This document shows positions 41,584 through 55,218 of a DNA stretch of 64,000 bases, in pieces. Source of the stretch: Paramecium tetraurelia. Lineage: Eukaryota. A model generated the notes under the pieces. It was given only the letters and a program-made list of their open reading frames with translations, made no database searches and was not told where the DNA came from. Every line of letters starts with the position of its first letter. Position 1 is the first letter of the stretch. A program made the translations under genes and the position numbers. Where the stretch lies: assembly GCA_000165425.1 (NCBI GenBank), contig CT868010.1, positions 124,001-188,000 of the forward strand, given 5' to 3'.

Positions 41584-43104
41584 TCATGATTTGGAAGTAT
41601 GTTTGTGAATTTGTTTAAAATGGACTGGCATGCCCTGCAATTATTGGTACTTCGTTGACAATTTCTAAGAGTCTTCATCTCCACTAAATTCATCCATGTA
41701 TTATTGAAACCCCCAGGTAGAATCGATGGTTTTATGGCGCTAAGAATATGGTTCATTAATGTTACTCTGAATTAATCCTTGGGTTCGATTATTTGTATTC
41801 CACTGTGGAACACTACAGACTACCGTTTAGAGGATTTGGCACTCTTTTTGCTCTTCCTGCTCTTCTTGCTCCTGGACCTCTTGTCATCTTTGATGCTGCC
41901 ATTTTCGACCTAAGAAGGCACATACTTAATCATCATGGAGGACAGGGATCCCTGAATTGAAGTGCTTGTCAGGTGTTTGGATTCAGCTCTGACTGGACTG
42001 CCTCCATTTTATCTGTTTGCTTCGGGAGGCTTCAACAGATGATTTGAACCTAAGATAGCTTGAGAGGAGGGCTTGTGTTTGTCTTCAGAGACAGCCCAGA
42101 TAATTTAGTCCTTTATCTTAGTAGAACGATCAGACCATTCAAAAACCTTATCCATAATAATTTGGTTATTGGATGCAGCTTTAAGAATGAGAGATTTCAT
42201 ATACTTATAGTCGGGCTCTGATTTAAATTCTAATTTTTTCAGATAACTATGTTTTAGTAGGCTGTTACTTCAGAATTTCAGCAAATTCAGAAGGAATGTC
42301 TTTACAGAGTTCTGCTACTTCAGTTTTCATTTTGACCTCTCCAACCAATGAAGTTCTGTCTCTATGTCCAATATTTTGTAAATTTTACCAAGGCAATTTG
42401 CTATAATATGAAAAGTGCACTCTACCCTTTTAAGAGATAAATCATCACATAGAACATCGACTCAACATCATCCTTTCTACCTAGCTCATGACCTCGATGG
42501 GCAGCAATTGAGGCATATCTAGTAGTACCAATAAAGGACTTCTTGTCTTTAGGAGGACTTAATAAGATTAGAATTTGAATTTATACATATGTTTTCCTTG
42601 AGTATCCAAATAGACTTTCGAGACTCCATAATCAACCAAGTAAATGATACCGTTGTCCAATTGATATCCAGTGAGTATGTTTTCAGGTTTGAAATCCCTA
42701 TGAATCACTCCTCTTTCATGAACTTGTTGTAGAGTACTCAAAAGTTATTGAGTTATTTGCAACACAGATTTGAGACTCAATTTTTTGTATTGTTTAATGA
42801 AATGGCTCAGATCCTTTCCAAGTAGTTGGATGACAATCACATTATAATCTTATTCAAAACCACTCCAATATAATTTAGGAACTCCAGGCACTCCAACGAG
42901 ACGATTGAGAATAGTAATTTCCCTGTCAAGAGAACTCGCATCCTCATTCTCTTCCTTCTCCACTTTAACAGCAACTTCCTCTCTCGTATGTTTATCGAAT
43001 GCTAAATAGACTATGCCAAAGGATCCAGAGGAAATCTATTGTTTAATGATATATTTGTTATTGAAGATCTTCGGATCTCTGTAACTTTGAGGAAGCTTCA
43101 TCAT
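41584..43104 (-). CDS. Casein kinase 1 family kinase
   Basis: ISSGSFGIV, VAVKVE, LLGKDL, IHRDFKPEN, LVDYGVSK, FIGTTRYASI, RKDDVES, LPWQ. Confidence 0.93.
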
Positions 43105-43134
43105 ATGTTAATTATAATTTGTATTCAACGATAA

Positions 43135-44945
43135 TCAAATATTCACTACATACCCCAACTTCTTCAATTCTTCAATCCTCTTTTTGGCTTTCGTAGCATT
43201 GATCAGAGTCTGTGACAAATAGATATTCTTTGGCAGTTGTCCACTTTTAGTAATATTAAGAATGACATCAAGTATTCTCTCTGAAATCATATTTGAAGAA
43301 AGATGCAAAGACGTAATATTCGGATTCTAAGTCAAAGCCTGCAATACAACACTAGCACCCTCGTCACTAATCTTATTCCTGGCCAATTTCAACTACTTCA
43401 CCTTTTTGCACATTTTCAATTGTTCCGCAATAATATTGCACCCCTCATCTCCCAACTCTTAAAGAATACAATTAACATATCTTACCTGCATTCGACAGAT
43501 CCACAATTTCTAAATTGTCATTCCGAAATGCCTGCATGATTGGCTCAAACTTCTCATTAATTTTAAACGTCTTCTTTCTCTTCTCTTACAACTTGGGAGT
43601 GGGAGATATCCCTTGTCTCAACAAGGAAACAGGAGGAGGAGGTTACAAAGACACATTATTGGGTGCATCCTTACTTGGACTCTTCTACTTTAACTATTTC
43701 AAGGGAGTAGTTGCAGACTAAAAACTATGCAGAGACGGTTCTGTCCTCACAGGACTTTTAGCTTATTGCACTTGTGATTATGTTGTCTATTTCAACTCAT
43801 GTTGTGAATTAGATACTACATGGGTGACCTATGAAATCAAATTGGTCTTCGTTGTCTGTCCAATCAGCTACAGAATTATCTCTTAAAAGAAGAGGCTCCT
43901 CTTGATCAAACTTACTGAAACTATTCTCTACTTGATTTGTTTCATTATGACTCATCTACAATGTTAAACTACACATCGATTCAAAACACTTTTCTATTTC
44001 CTGTTTTTTGAAATCCACTCTGATTTTCTTTATTTTCACATTATTAATTCGCTATTCCAACATCTTAATAGTTCTATCCATTTCGTCTAAGATGGCATTT
44101 CCTTTAAATTCCTAATTGTACAGCAGATCTAATGGCAATTCCCCACTCTCAGTCTTGGTTGAAAAATAAAGCAGTCTGTCCTTAGCCCCTATCTTCCATA
44201 ACTCTGCTTATTACAAACTCTATTACACTTAGTCCCTGATCTACCTTTTGGTTTGCTATTCCAGAGTCTGAGTCAGTCCATTCAATTACTCCAAGAGTTT
44301 GTTCTCCTTCAAGTCCAACTGATGATGCAATTCCTTGAATTTCTCTTTGACTGCCATCTGACTCTCCTGCAACATTATCTAATACTTCTCATTCATAGAC
44401 TCATAAAACTTAGACTCCGTTAACTCTGATTGCTTATCCAAGATCTTCTAATAAGTCTGCATGATATTCTCAGCTTTCGAGGCTATCTCTCTAACTACAT
44501 CATCTACCGAACGAACCTCGTGATGTCTGTGATTACCAAATAAAGCACATTTAGTACATATTCGAATCTTATCAGTCAAGCATACGATCTCCAACTTCTC
44601 CAAATGTTCCCCGCACAATTCAATCTTCTCCTGAGCCAAGTTATTCAGATGTAACTAATATTCTGGATGATCTATTGATGGCCTTTACTTCACCACCATT
44701 TTTAAAAGTTGACAATTCTTCGGAAACTCTGTAATATGTGTCTTCCCCTTCGCAAGAATACTTTATATATCTCATTGTCAGAATTACTTATCCTCAGGAC
44801 AACATATCTGCTAACCATCAGCACTCATCAACATCTACTTTATGCACTTTTAGCAGATCGTATGTCCACAATCAGGCAACATCAAAGGAATATTCTCGAA
44901 TTCATTGAATATATTACAGCATTACGGACATATGAGCTCTTCCAT
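43135..44945 (-). CDS. RING finger + B-box + coiled-coil + C-terminal RNI-like LRR protein (putative E3 ligase)
   Basis: RING CPQC...PDCGHTICQKC...CPED; B-box CGEH...VCLTDKIRICTKCALFGNHRHH; LRRs VDLSNAELGDEG, LKLARNKISDEG, LHLSSNMISE. Confidence 0.88.
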
Positions 44946-45403
44946 TTTAATTAAAATAACGATATTTCATTAAAGGAATACTATTAATTTATAACTCATC
45001 ATTCATTATAAATTATTGTCTATTGATTATTATCACCCCCAACTTCACTCATTCCTTCAGAAAGTCAATTGTCTAAATTTATGTCAACCACCCTCTCTCT
45101 TTCCGAATCACATAATAGAACTTCAATGACTAGATCTAAATATTATTATTAAGTGTTAGTTATTTAATGATTCCATTCGCAGAAACACTGATTAAAAAAA
45201 ACCATTAGATGAAGAAGAATTTTATGAAAAATGCATTCATTTTTTAGATCATATTATATATTGTTCCCAATCATTTGTATTATAAGTTGTACTTCTTAAT
45301 TATTTTGATGTTTTTTTAATTCAATCATTATCTTCAATCTAATTGAGTGTAAGCATTATAGAAATTATCTTGATTGTTAATTAACATATTTATTATTAAT
45401 AAA

Positions 45404-48340
45404 ATGAAAAAATAAATTTAAAAGGAATAAATTGATCAATATACCTAAATGGGTTTCTCGGTGTAATTAATTCATATGGCTTGGGAAGTGATAAACGATG
45501 AATCAGAAATGATGGACACACTCATTGCTTTAACAAGTTAAAATTAGTAGATGCAATAAACATCAAATGTATGATTATATTTAATATATTGAATAGAAAC
45601 AAGATGAAGAAATTCAATTAACGCAGGCCTTGCTGGATTCATATAAAACTAATCAATAGACAGGATCTCAAAAATTTGAAATAATTTCACCTGAATAAAG
45701 GAAGAGAGTTGATGGAATCCCATGTGGTTTGAAGAATTTAGGGAATACTTGTTATTTTAATGGTTTGCTCCAGACATATTTCTTTGATTGTCAATTTGTG
45801 AAGACCATCATAACTTTCTAAATTCCATAACAAATTGAATAAAGCAAATATGGTAAATCAATCTAGCTAGTATAAAATCTATAAAATCTCTTCATCAGCA
45901 TGATTGGGAGTGACAAAAAGTATGTTGATCCATCTGAAGTCGTTAAAAGCATCTGCGATGAATTTGGAAATGTTCTTCCAATTGGAGATTAGAAGGATGT
46001 GGGCGAATTTAATCTTTACTTTCTTAGTCGCGTTGGAGAAGCGCTGACTCAAACAGAATCGCAAAGTAGCAAAATTGAAGACATATACATCGAATCTTCT
46101 CCATCAATTTTAAAGCAGAAGTCATCTGTGATTCACGATGAAGATATTGTTTCGAAGTTATTTTTATGTAAGGTTTTTCATCAATTTGAATTTGACCAAG
46201 GGGGTATTCAACAAATCAGAGAAAGCACAGAACTTTTTAATTACATACCACTTGATTTAAAGGATGGAAACTTATATGATAGTTTTGATAACTTTATTGT
46301 TAATAACATTGATGATTTCAAGAATGATTTTGATGAAACAGTTCAAGCAGTTAAATACAATTGGATACATTCACCACCTTAAAAACTATCCTTTCAAATT
46401 CAGAGAGTTATTTATTGCAAAGAAAAAAGTATATTGTCACAGAATATTATGTTTAGATGATTTAATTAAATAAAATGATGAGTTTACGTTTGATGAAGAA
46501 ATCTATTTGGATCGTTTTCTAATTGAAAATAGAGAGAAATATCTGGAAACTAGAATCTAAAATAAAGAATTTAAATCCAAATAAAAGAAGATTAAATAAG
46601 GTCTATAATAATTAACTAAATTTAATGATCAACATGATTTGTAAGATGTATTGACTAATACAATTAAATTTTTGGAAATGCAAAACGTAGAGAACAATGA
46701 GCATGCTGCTAATTTTGGGTAATCGGATCAACAAGCAGCCATTGATTAATTGCAACAATACAATTAAAAAGTATTGAGGAAAAAGAAGTAACTGCAAACT
46801 CAATATGATGAACTTGAGAATAAGATTTAGGTTAGCTACAATGATTTAAAAAAGCATAAGTATCTTCTCCAATCCATTCTTATACATGATGGCTAAGCCA
46901 GTAACTCAATATTCTATTATTAGATTCCGGACACTACTACACTTATATTAAAGACTTTCGAAGAGAAACATGGTTTAAATTCAACGACATTCACGTAGGA
47001 GTGGAGACGAAGGAGAAAGTATTTTAGGATGCCTTTGGTATGAAGACTGGAGTCAACGCATACTTGTTAATTTATGCTAGAATTGATATTGTGAAGTAGG
47101 AACTAGAGTCTCAAATCAGATCGTATAGAATTAGTTCGGAACAGGGATATTTGAATGATAAATACGGTAGTTTCCTCAATTACATGTAAAGAGAACAGTT
47201 AGCGAAGGAGAACTAATTGTTCTATAATGAGATTGAGGAATACAAGTCTTCGAGGATCATAGAGAAATTAATTGAGTCTTATTAAATTAGATTTCAATTT
47301 ATTAATGAGCACTATCGAATCATATCGAGCAAGGTGCAATCAACTGTGTATAAGCCGTTGATTATGTTGAATTTCCCGATGTTTATTAAGAGTAAGATGA
47401 CTGTGTTAGGTAAGGATTCTTATGACAACATTTTAAAGTGGGTAATCTTGGATTCAGCATTGAGGGATGTGAATTAGGATAAATCAGGTATTTTTGGGGG
47501 ATAGATTAGCGAGAATGTAAAAATTAAAAATTATGTAATAGTTTCAAAATCAAATAATGGTAAAGTTTAAGGCACAATTCAATGAATTCAAGAGGCCGAC
47601 TGAATATTTGAGTACAGAGGAATAGAATGAATTTCACAAGTTGTCTTAGGAATACATTCAATATGTAGCAATGGCTTCTTTGGCATCGATATTGTTGGAT
47701 TTAATTTTAAAAAGAGAGTTCCCCATGGTGCTATCAGTGTTGCATCATTTTTCTATGATTGCAAAGTAATTGGATACACATAATTATTTTTATAAAATGG
47801 CAAGTAATTTTTAAAAATTAATTCCAATCATAATAATTTGCAAAATGATTCCGGTATAGGCTGATGTGAATTTGAAGGAATTAGAATTGCTTCAAGCCTA
47901 TTTGTCATTTTAACATTTTAGAGTTGAAGATTAAAACTTTTGGGAAACTCAGATTTCAATAATGATGAATGCGGTATGTGAAAATCACGATGAACCATAT
48001 GTTTAGAGTATTATTACTAAATTTGAAGCCAATATTAAAGATCCAAATTTTATAATTTAAATAGAACAGGTCAATGATGTAATTATGGGTTTAATTGTTA
48101 ATTGTAGGAGATTAGTGTGCAGTAGGCAGCTTTGAGTGCGAATTACGATGTGTTTTATTGGTCTCCTAATGTGAAGCAAGATGTTTTGTTTGATAAGTTA
48201 GTTAGCGGTTGGAATGAGATGAAGGCTTAATTCGAAGTAAGTGTAGAGTTTTAATCTAGCCGTTCATCAAGATTTAAAAAGCTCATAATCAATCCCATAA
48301 TCCACTGATGAAATAGGAATTAGAAAATCTAATTTGTTGA
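45404..48340 (+). CDS. Ubiquitin C-terminal hydrolase, USP25/28-like (UBA/UIM-like N-terminus)
   Basis: QMGFS and DEEIQLTQALLDS at the N-terminus; PCGLKNLGNTCYFNGLLQ; QKDVGEF; ILIHDGQA.SGHYYTYI; NAYLLIY. Confidence 0.9.
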
Positions 48341-48365
48341 TATATATATTTTATAGATAAATATT

Positions 48366-50020
48366 ATGATTCTGATAGCAGCATCAATGCACATTAGGGA
48401 GCATCGTTCTTTTTCTCTTAGGACTCCTTCAATTCATATAAGAGACGAAGATCCGAAAGATGTGGTGAAGAGTAGCATTTGTGGTATAATGATGGGAGTA
48501 CTTTTCATGATAATATTCGCAATAATTGGGATGGTAGGGATATTTACGAATATCGACGAGGAAATAGAATATATATGGATGTTAGTCGTTTTGACTTTCA
48601 CTTATGTACTCTTTATTCCTTACTTTATTTTAATATTACAAGATCTGAGGAGAATATCGAGTGAGTTGGAGAAGCATTAGGATGAATCTATTGTGATGAA
48701 TCCCTATGCATTTGCTTCTAGTATGAATACGATTAGTGCCATTACAAACACAGAAAAATATAACCTTTTTAGATTATTAAATGTTTAATTTTTCATCATT
48801 TCTTTGATTATTAGTGCTTTCTTAATAAATTCAGAAATTGTGATCGGATCATTATTAGCAATTGTTAACTACATCGTGGCAGCAACTATTATCATCTATG
48901 TTTGCAGAAGATGTTGGCTGGGATGTTGCAATATTAAAATTGCAACCAAAAACCCAAAACGATATCACTTCTACAGATATCCATGTAAATTTAATCGATT
49001 ACTATACAAGCTCCCAATCAAGTCAAGGATTCAGCATTTGCATTTGCAGTTGCATTGGTTACTTATTATGTTTGCAAACTCATCCTCTATGTGATCTTTC
49101 TTTGCTTAGATCAAGAAGATTTTCAATACACTTACCTCACTAGCTTATTCTATGCTTTTATAATGATTGTATAATTCGCATATGTTTCGTATTTGATCAA
49201 AAGAACCCTCATTACTTAACAATCCAAGAAATACTTCAAATGTTACATGACCTTATTTTAGTCCCTTTACCTCTCTCAGACCACCTAGAACTGTGTTCTC
49301 AAGGGACTTTACTTCTTTTCCTTATTGTGCACCTACATCGCCTTCTTTCTTGAGAAACCCTACTTAACAATCAAAAACTCCGATCTATTTGGAGTTCAAT
49401 AATTTTGTTCCTATGAACACTTCATCTACCTATTCACATTACTGTAACTCATCTATTTCCTCTTGTTTCGAAGCTATTGTGTTAATAAGGAGGAAGAACA
49501 AATATAGATTTTTGATTTCAATTAAGTCCAAACCCAGGACAACCGTTTACAATGGATACAAAATTAACAGGACTACCCAATTTACGACAATTAGGAAGCA
49601 GATTTTCTGTATTTCATCCACGATCTAGAAGCTCTATAGGAGATCTACGACAATCTGATTTTCTAATCTTCTTAATTAGAATTGAAGATGAGACCAAGAA
49701 ATGGCCAATTAATCAATTTAACCTAATGGATTGAAGACAAGAAGTTTTAATTACAAGTCCAAGGGAGAGGCTTTGATGATGAATACTTTGCAAATCTCAA
49801 ATCATTCATCAAACAAAACATTCGATCCAAAAGAGATGCCAAAGACAAACAAAAATAATCTATCGATAGAATTGAATGTGCAATATGTTTATAATAGTTG
49901 GACACCAAATAGAATATTACTAGATTAGGATGCCATTCCACTCATAAATTTCACACTGAATGTATAGAAAGATGGATCAATGCTGTCCACAAATGTCCTT
50001 TATGCAATCAACCTGCTTGA
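48366..50020 (+). CDS. Multi-pass membrane protein with a C-terminal RING-H2 (putative E3 ligase)
   Basis: Many hydrophobic helices. A 26-nt intron at 48985-49010 joins the two frames. Ends CAICLQQ...LGCHSTHKFHTECIERWINAVHKCPLC. Confidence 0.8.
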
Positions 50021-50199
50021 TTATTAAATATATTTGACTACAAAATTTGTGATATCTCTCATCCTACCGATTTCAGGACATCATCATAAGATAATTCAGT
50101 CCCCTCAAGAAAATCAATACAATTCTAAACTCATTTAAATTATGTTAACACTATTATCTTGTTAAATTTTATGCAATTTGATTATTTATTAACGGATTT

Positions 50200-52188
50200 A
50201 TGGGCTGTACATCTTCAATAGAATAAACTTCTATGATCTCCAGTAAACCTGGAAGACCTAAAATCACCAAATCAATGTCAACTAGCTCCATTGTTTGCTA
50301 TAGGAACTCAAAAATCAGGGAAAATGTCACTATCCTTAATTAAGGGAAATCATAGCTTGATTCTTAATTCATCACTCAAATGTTGAAGAAACACTATATA
50401 TTTTATTAATTGAATGAAGAGTCTATTCAGAACATTATAAAACATATGTTCTATTGTGTGATCAAGCAAAACCATACCTTATACTAGAACATTAATACTC
50501 CATCTTGTATGTTCCTAGTGGATAAAGGCCAGCTGAAAACTTAGAACTTCACACTTTTCCAGCCAGGTTCCATTGTAGGCGAAGACAATCTATTGTTGGG
50601 ATCAATCAAATTTATTGAAGCCAATGAAGATACTTATATGTGGGGTTTGGACAAAGTACAATTCAACAAGGCAATTCAATGGATCATCTCGCAATCCTTT
50701 ATAACCAATAGAGCATTTTTATAACAATAATATTTGTTCCAGTATTTCAGCTAAAATTAATTAGATGGAATTGCTGCGAACATATTGCCAGTTCAATATC
50801 AAAAAAATCAAGTGATGTTCTCAGATGATGCCTTTGTAATCATCAAAGCTGGAGAGGCTTCCTTATTTAAAGGCAATCAATTTTCAAAGAACCTTTCTCG
50901 TAGAGACACCTATGGTACCTTATACAAACTCAATAAACCTAAAAACATCAAAGTCAGAGCTGTAGTAGAAACTCAATGTCTTATACTCACCTAACCCAAA
51001 TTAATTGAGGTGATTGGATTCAACATACAGAAGCAAATTTACCAGGCAATAATAAGACATGTGTTGATTGAGATAGAATTGCCTGGGTTAGAAATCGAGA
51101 AGATCTTGGAGAAAGAATAATATAAACTGAAGATTTACAATAATGAATCCATTAGATAAAGGCAGATTCATGAAGACTTAAACATTATCGTTGATGGATC
51201 TGTTGATTGTGAAGGAGAAACCTTGAAATTGGGAGAGTTCATCTCAGATTAATTTGATAATTCCGTTTATGTGGCCAATGGCACCATTGCCATTATCCAA
51301 AGAGACTCTCTTTACATAGAGGATTACATTATAGAAGAGAGTTCGGATGAGGAATCCATAAAGTACAAACCCAGATTCACAGAATTACAGCAATTGTAAA
51401 TCATTAGAAGGAATTCTAACAATATAATTAATTTGGTTCAATTCAAACAATCAAATTTCATTCTCAGATAGATCAATAAATTATCTCAACAGAAAACCTA
51501 ATAGGAAAGAAGAATGAAATCACAAAAAAAAATATTCGAAACTCTAAAATGTCCGCATATATCAAAATATTATCAATTCTATGAAGATAATGTCTCCTAC
51601 TACTTTTTATTTCAATTTATTGATGGAACTCTCCTATCAGAAAGAAGATTAAAATTGCCTCAAATTCAATCATCAATACTTCAAATGATATCCATCTTAG
51701 AGGCCTGCTATAAGAATTCTATAATTTGTAGATCCATTAAACTAGATAACTTTTTGATTGACTACTAAGGAAACGTCTACTTGATTAATCTTTTGAATGC
51801 TAAACAAACCTCCAGAACCTATACAATTATTGGCTCTCCTCATTACATGGCTCCAGAAGTACTCGAAGGAAGAGGATACGATTGCAATAGTGATGTTTGG
51901 AGTTTAGGAGTCTGCTTATACGAGTTACTCTTCGAATCAGTTCCATATGGCTAGGCATTAGATGATCCATATTAGATTTATGAAGAGATTCTAGGTTCCT
52001 CTGATTTAGAGTTCCCAGATAGTTATTAAGATGAATAGGGCAAGAGTTTAATGAAATAATTGATCAACAAGAATGTGTATTAAAGAATAGGTTCTAATTT
52101 CGATTAACTAAAAAATCACAGTTGGTTCAGCTAGTTGGATATTTCTAACATCTCTCCAATTGAATCACAAATAGAAATAAGATGTTGA
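50200..52188 (+). CDS. cGMP-dependent protein kinase-like protein with degenerate cNMP-binding and kinase domains
   Basis: Intronless. MGCTSS start; cNMP-like LKKHYIFYQL...MFLVDKG...GSIVGE; kinase C-lobe RTYTIIGSPHYMAPEV...DVWSLGVCLYE...DDPYQIYEEIL. Confidence 0.85.
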
Positions 52189-52407
52189 ATAAAAATTATA
52201 TAACTTAATATATATTTATATTTATGAGTTAAATAAATAGAATTTAACACAAATTATATTTTTAATTTATTTTTATTCAAAAAAATTCTAGAACAAAAAG
52301 TAATTTGATAAATTCTAATTGAGTGAATTATCTTGTTTTGTGATGTCATAAGTTTATGAAATGACCTTAAAAGTGCATTTAGATTTATTCATATAAAGTT
52401 AAATTAA

Positions 52408-54012
52408 ATGCAAAAAAAGGAAGAGAAACAAGAAAAGAGATATTTATCTGTTATCAACAAGATATTATTGATTCTGGCAGGAGTTCTATTGGCCTACAAT
52501 ATTAAAGTGTACTACGATCGTGTATCATCGTCTCACTATGAAATTAAAGGAAATGGTATATCTTGTATTTATAATCAGAAATCATTATGAAAAATGATAA
52601 CAAGTATTTGTAAGACTTTCAACTTGCCTCACTTTCAAAAGTGCTTTCCTAAAATTCACAGACAACCAAATTAAATGCACAATTGACCTACAATCGTATT
52701 AATGATTTCAGAGATTTCTTTGCCAGTTTGGAGAATCTAAGTAACTTAAAGGAATGTAATAATATGAAATATTTACTTAGTATCCCTTTCTATTGGTAAG
52801 AATCCAATTGTAAATGAATAAGTGTAGGCTGCGTCATTAGGCAAAGCATTAGCTAAACTCACCCAATTAAATCACTTAAACTTAGAATTAGACTCATTAT
52901 TCAATAAACAAAGTATATAAGTAATTCTAAAGGAATTGAGTAAAATTTCCGGATTGACGGAATTACGTCTCTCTCTCATTAGTTGTGATTTATCTGGAGA
53001 TGGATTGTAATCACTTTATCCATTGACAGATATAAAGAATTTGATCTCTTTAGAACTGTTATTAATTGGCAGCTAATTGAAGGAAGAAGAGATGAAACAT
53101 TTAAAAACAATTTTACATAGACTTCCAAAATTAAAAAAATTGAATCTTAATCTCTATGCAAACAAAATATAAGTTGATGGAATCATCACTTTGAGTGGAG
53201 GATTGTTTTAGCAGAGACAATTGTAAGAATTTGGGATAGATCTATATTTCAATAATATTACTACAAATGGAACAGAAAGTTTAATGGGAGTGGTTGGTTC
53301 TATGGAGAACTTGACTTCATTAAAATTAGGTTTGGAATTCAATTATATAAAGAATGAGGGAGGAATATTCGTTGGAAAGGGATTATCATAACTAAAGAAA
53401 CTTAAGGATTTATCTGTAAATGCAGCCAGTAAAAATTTTGGATTCGATGGATATGAAGCCATTGTCACTGCAATTGAGAATTTGCCACCTCTAGAGAATC
53501 TAGAATTGATTATTGGAGTTAATAAGTGTGGAGTTTCAGGAGCAGAATTGTTAAAATAGGCTTTGTTTAAACAAAATAAATTGAAATCCTTGAAAATTAA
53601 CTTCCTGGAGAACTATGTTGGAGATGCAGGAGCCACGTACGTTGCTGAAGGGATTCAATACTAAAAAAACTTAGAAGAATTAAGTGTCAACATGAACTAA
53701 AATTCCTTATCTGATCGAGGTGCACTTGAATTAGCCAGGGCTGTCAAAAATTCAAAATCACCAAAGGTATAGATGAATCTTTATATTTAGATTGTTGACT
53801 TTAAAGTAAGTTCAAATGAAATTACAGACAAGGGAATCAAAGATATTTTAGTACTTTTGGAATAGGCTCTCCCTAAGGTTGATTTATTGTAAGTAGAATT
53901 TTTAGACACTGCACTTACAAATTCAACAAGAGATGATATCGAACTGAAATATGGAAGTGTTGACAAATTGTAACTTAAATTAAATACAATTCCTGCAAGT
54001 AATTGGGAATGA
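52408..54012 (+). CDS. RNI-like leucine-rich repeat protein with an N-terminal transmembrane anchor
   Basis: ILLILAGVLLAY anchor; repeats LNLNLYANKIQVDG, LKLGLEFNYIKNEG, INFLENYVGDAG, VNMNQNSLSDRG. Confidence 0.85.
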
Positions 54013-54019
54013 TCATTTT

Positions 54020-55167
54020 TATATGTTTAAATTAAAGATAACCTACTAATATGTGAAAGAATTTAATTCAAGAATCTGAAATTTGTAATCAAATTTTATC
54101 TCGCTTCTTTTTATCCTGTTTATATACTACAACCTAATAGTTACAGTTATTTATTTGAATTCTAATTAATTACTTTTAAATTAAAAGTATCTGATCTTCT
54201 TTGATAAAAGTTTGATTCTTTCAAGAATTCATAATTTACTTCTTTAGATAGACTTTTAAACACTCTTTATTGATTAAAACATCAATTGATGTTCTAATTA
54301 TTATATTGAGAGTCAATTTAATGATTAATGTAAACAAATAAGATTTATATCAATTTTTTTCAGATTCATCTAACATTTTAGAGAATTTATCAAAGTCAGA
54401 TCTAATGCATAATACTTTTTCATTTGTCTGTTTGATCTCATCAAATTATTCTTATTTTAATCTTCGTTATAGATTATACGCATTAGATGATACTTGATTG
54501 AGCTTTGCAAAAAAGAACTTGGTTGATGATTACGAAGTTTGAGACGTAGTTACGGACTGATGGGTAGGTGAGACATGTAAACTTGAGTGTTTTTTGAGAA
54601 AGGGTTTATCAGCTATAGCAACATTTATGTGATTGTTATTATTGAAGGATTTATTTGACGATCTTCTTTTGGAGTGCTAAATTAATGCAAATTTAGCTTG
54701 GATGCAATTTTTTTAATTATTAATGCTCTGTTTTGAATTACAATTGACATTAGGTTTTAGTGGTTGGTCATGTTCAATAAGTCTTGGGTTGGAGGTAGAT
54801 CTATAAAGTAATTCACTATTAAATAAGTGATATTTAGATACTAGTTAGGTTTGTCAAGAATCTGTCGACTAAGCTCTAAGAGGTATTGACAATTTTATGA
54901 AAGAATTTGCCATTAATGCTCTTTTAATTCATCGACTTTAAGTTCAGGTTCCACTTAAATTTTTTGGATTCTTATGTATTTTTTATCATTAGTTGAAATT
55001 TGAGATTTTTGGCTAATTTAACACGAACTCTAATCTTTCAATAATGATTTGAGTAGATCAAGTTTTGGTTGATGTTTTTATTTTTCCTTTTACACTTTTG
55101 GCAACTATGTGGTGGACACATACTAAAATTGTTAGAGTTAGTATTGATGATTGATAGATTGTTTCAT
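54020..55167 (-). CDS. Hypothetical low-complexity/coiled-coil protein; 3' end uncertain
   Basis: ATG at 55167, code-6 frame with a 26-nt intron near 54816-54841, Q/K/S-rich. Confidence 0.5.
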
Positions 55168-55218
55168 TATTATTAAAAAGTATATAAAATTTCAATCTAA
55201 AATGTGAAACAAAAAATT

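Noticed and set aside
49030..49560. Long open minus-strand frame ending CNCKCKC*
   Set aside because: It is antisense to the RING-H2 gene, and long open frames are expected when TGA is the only stop.
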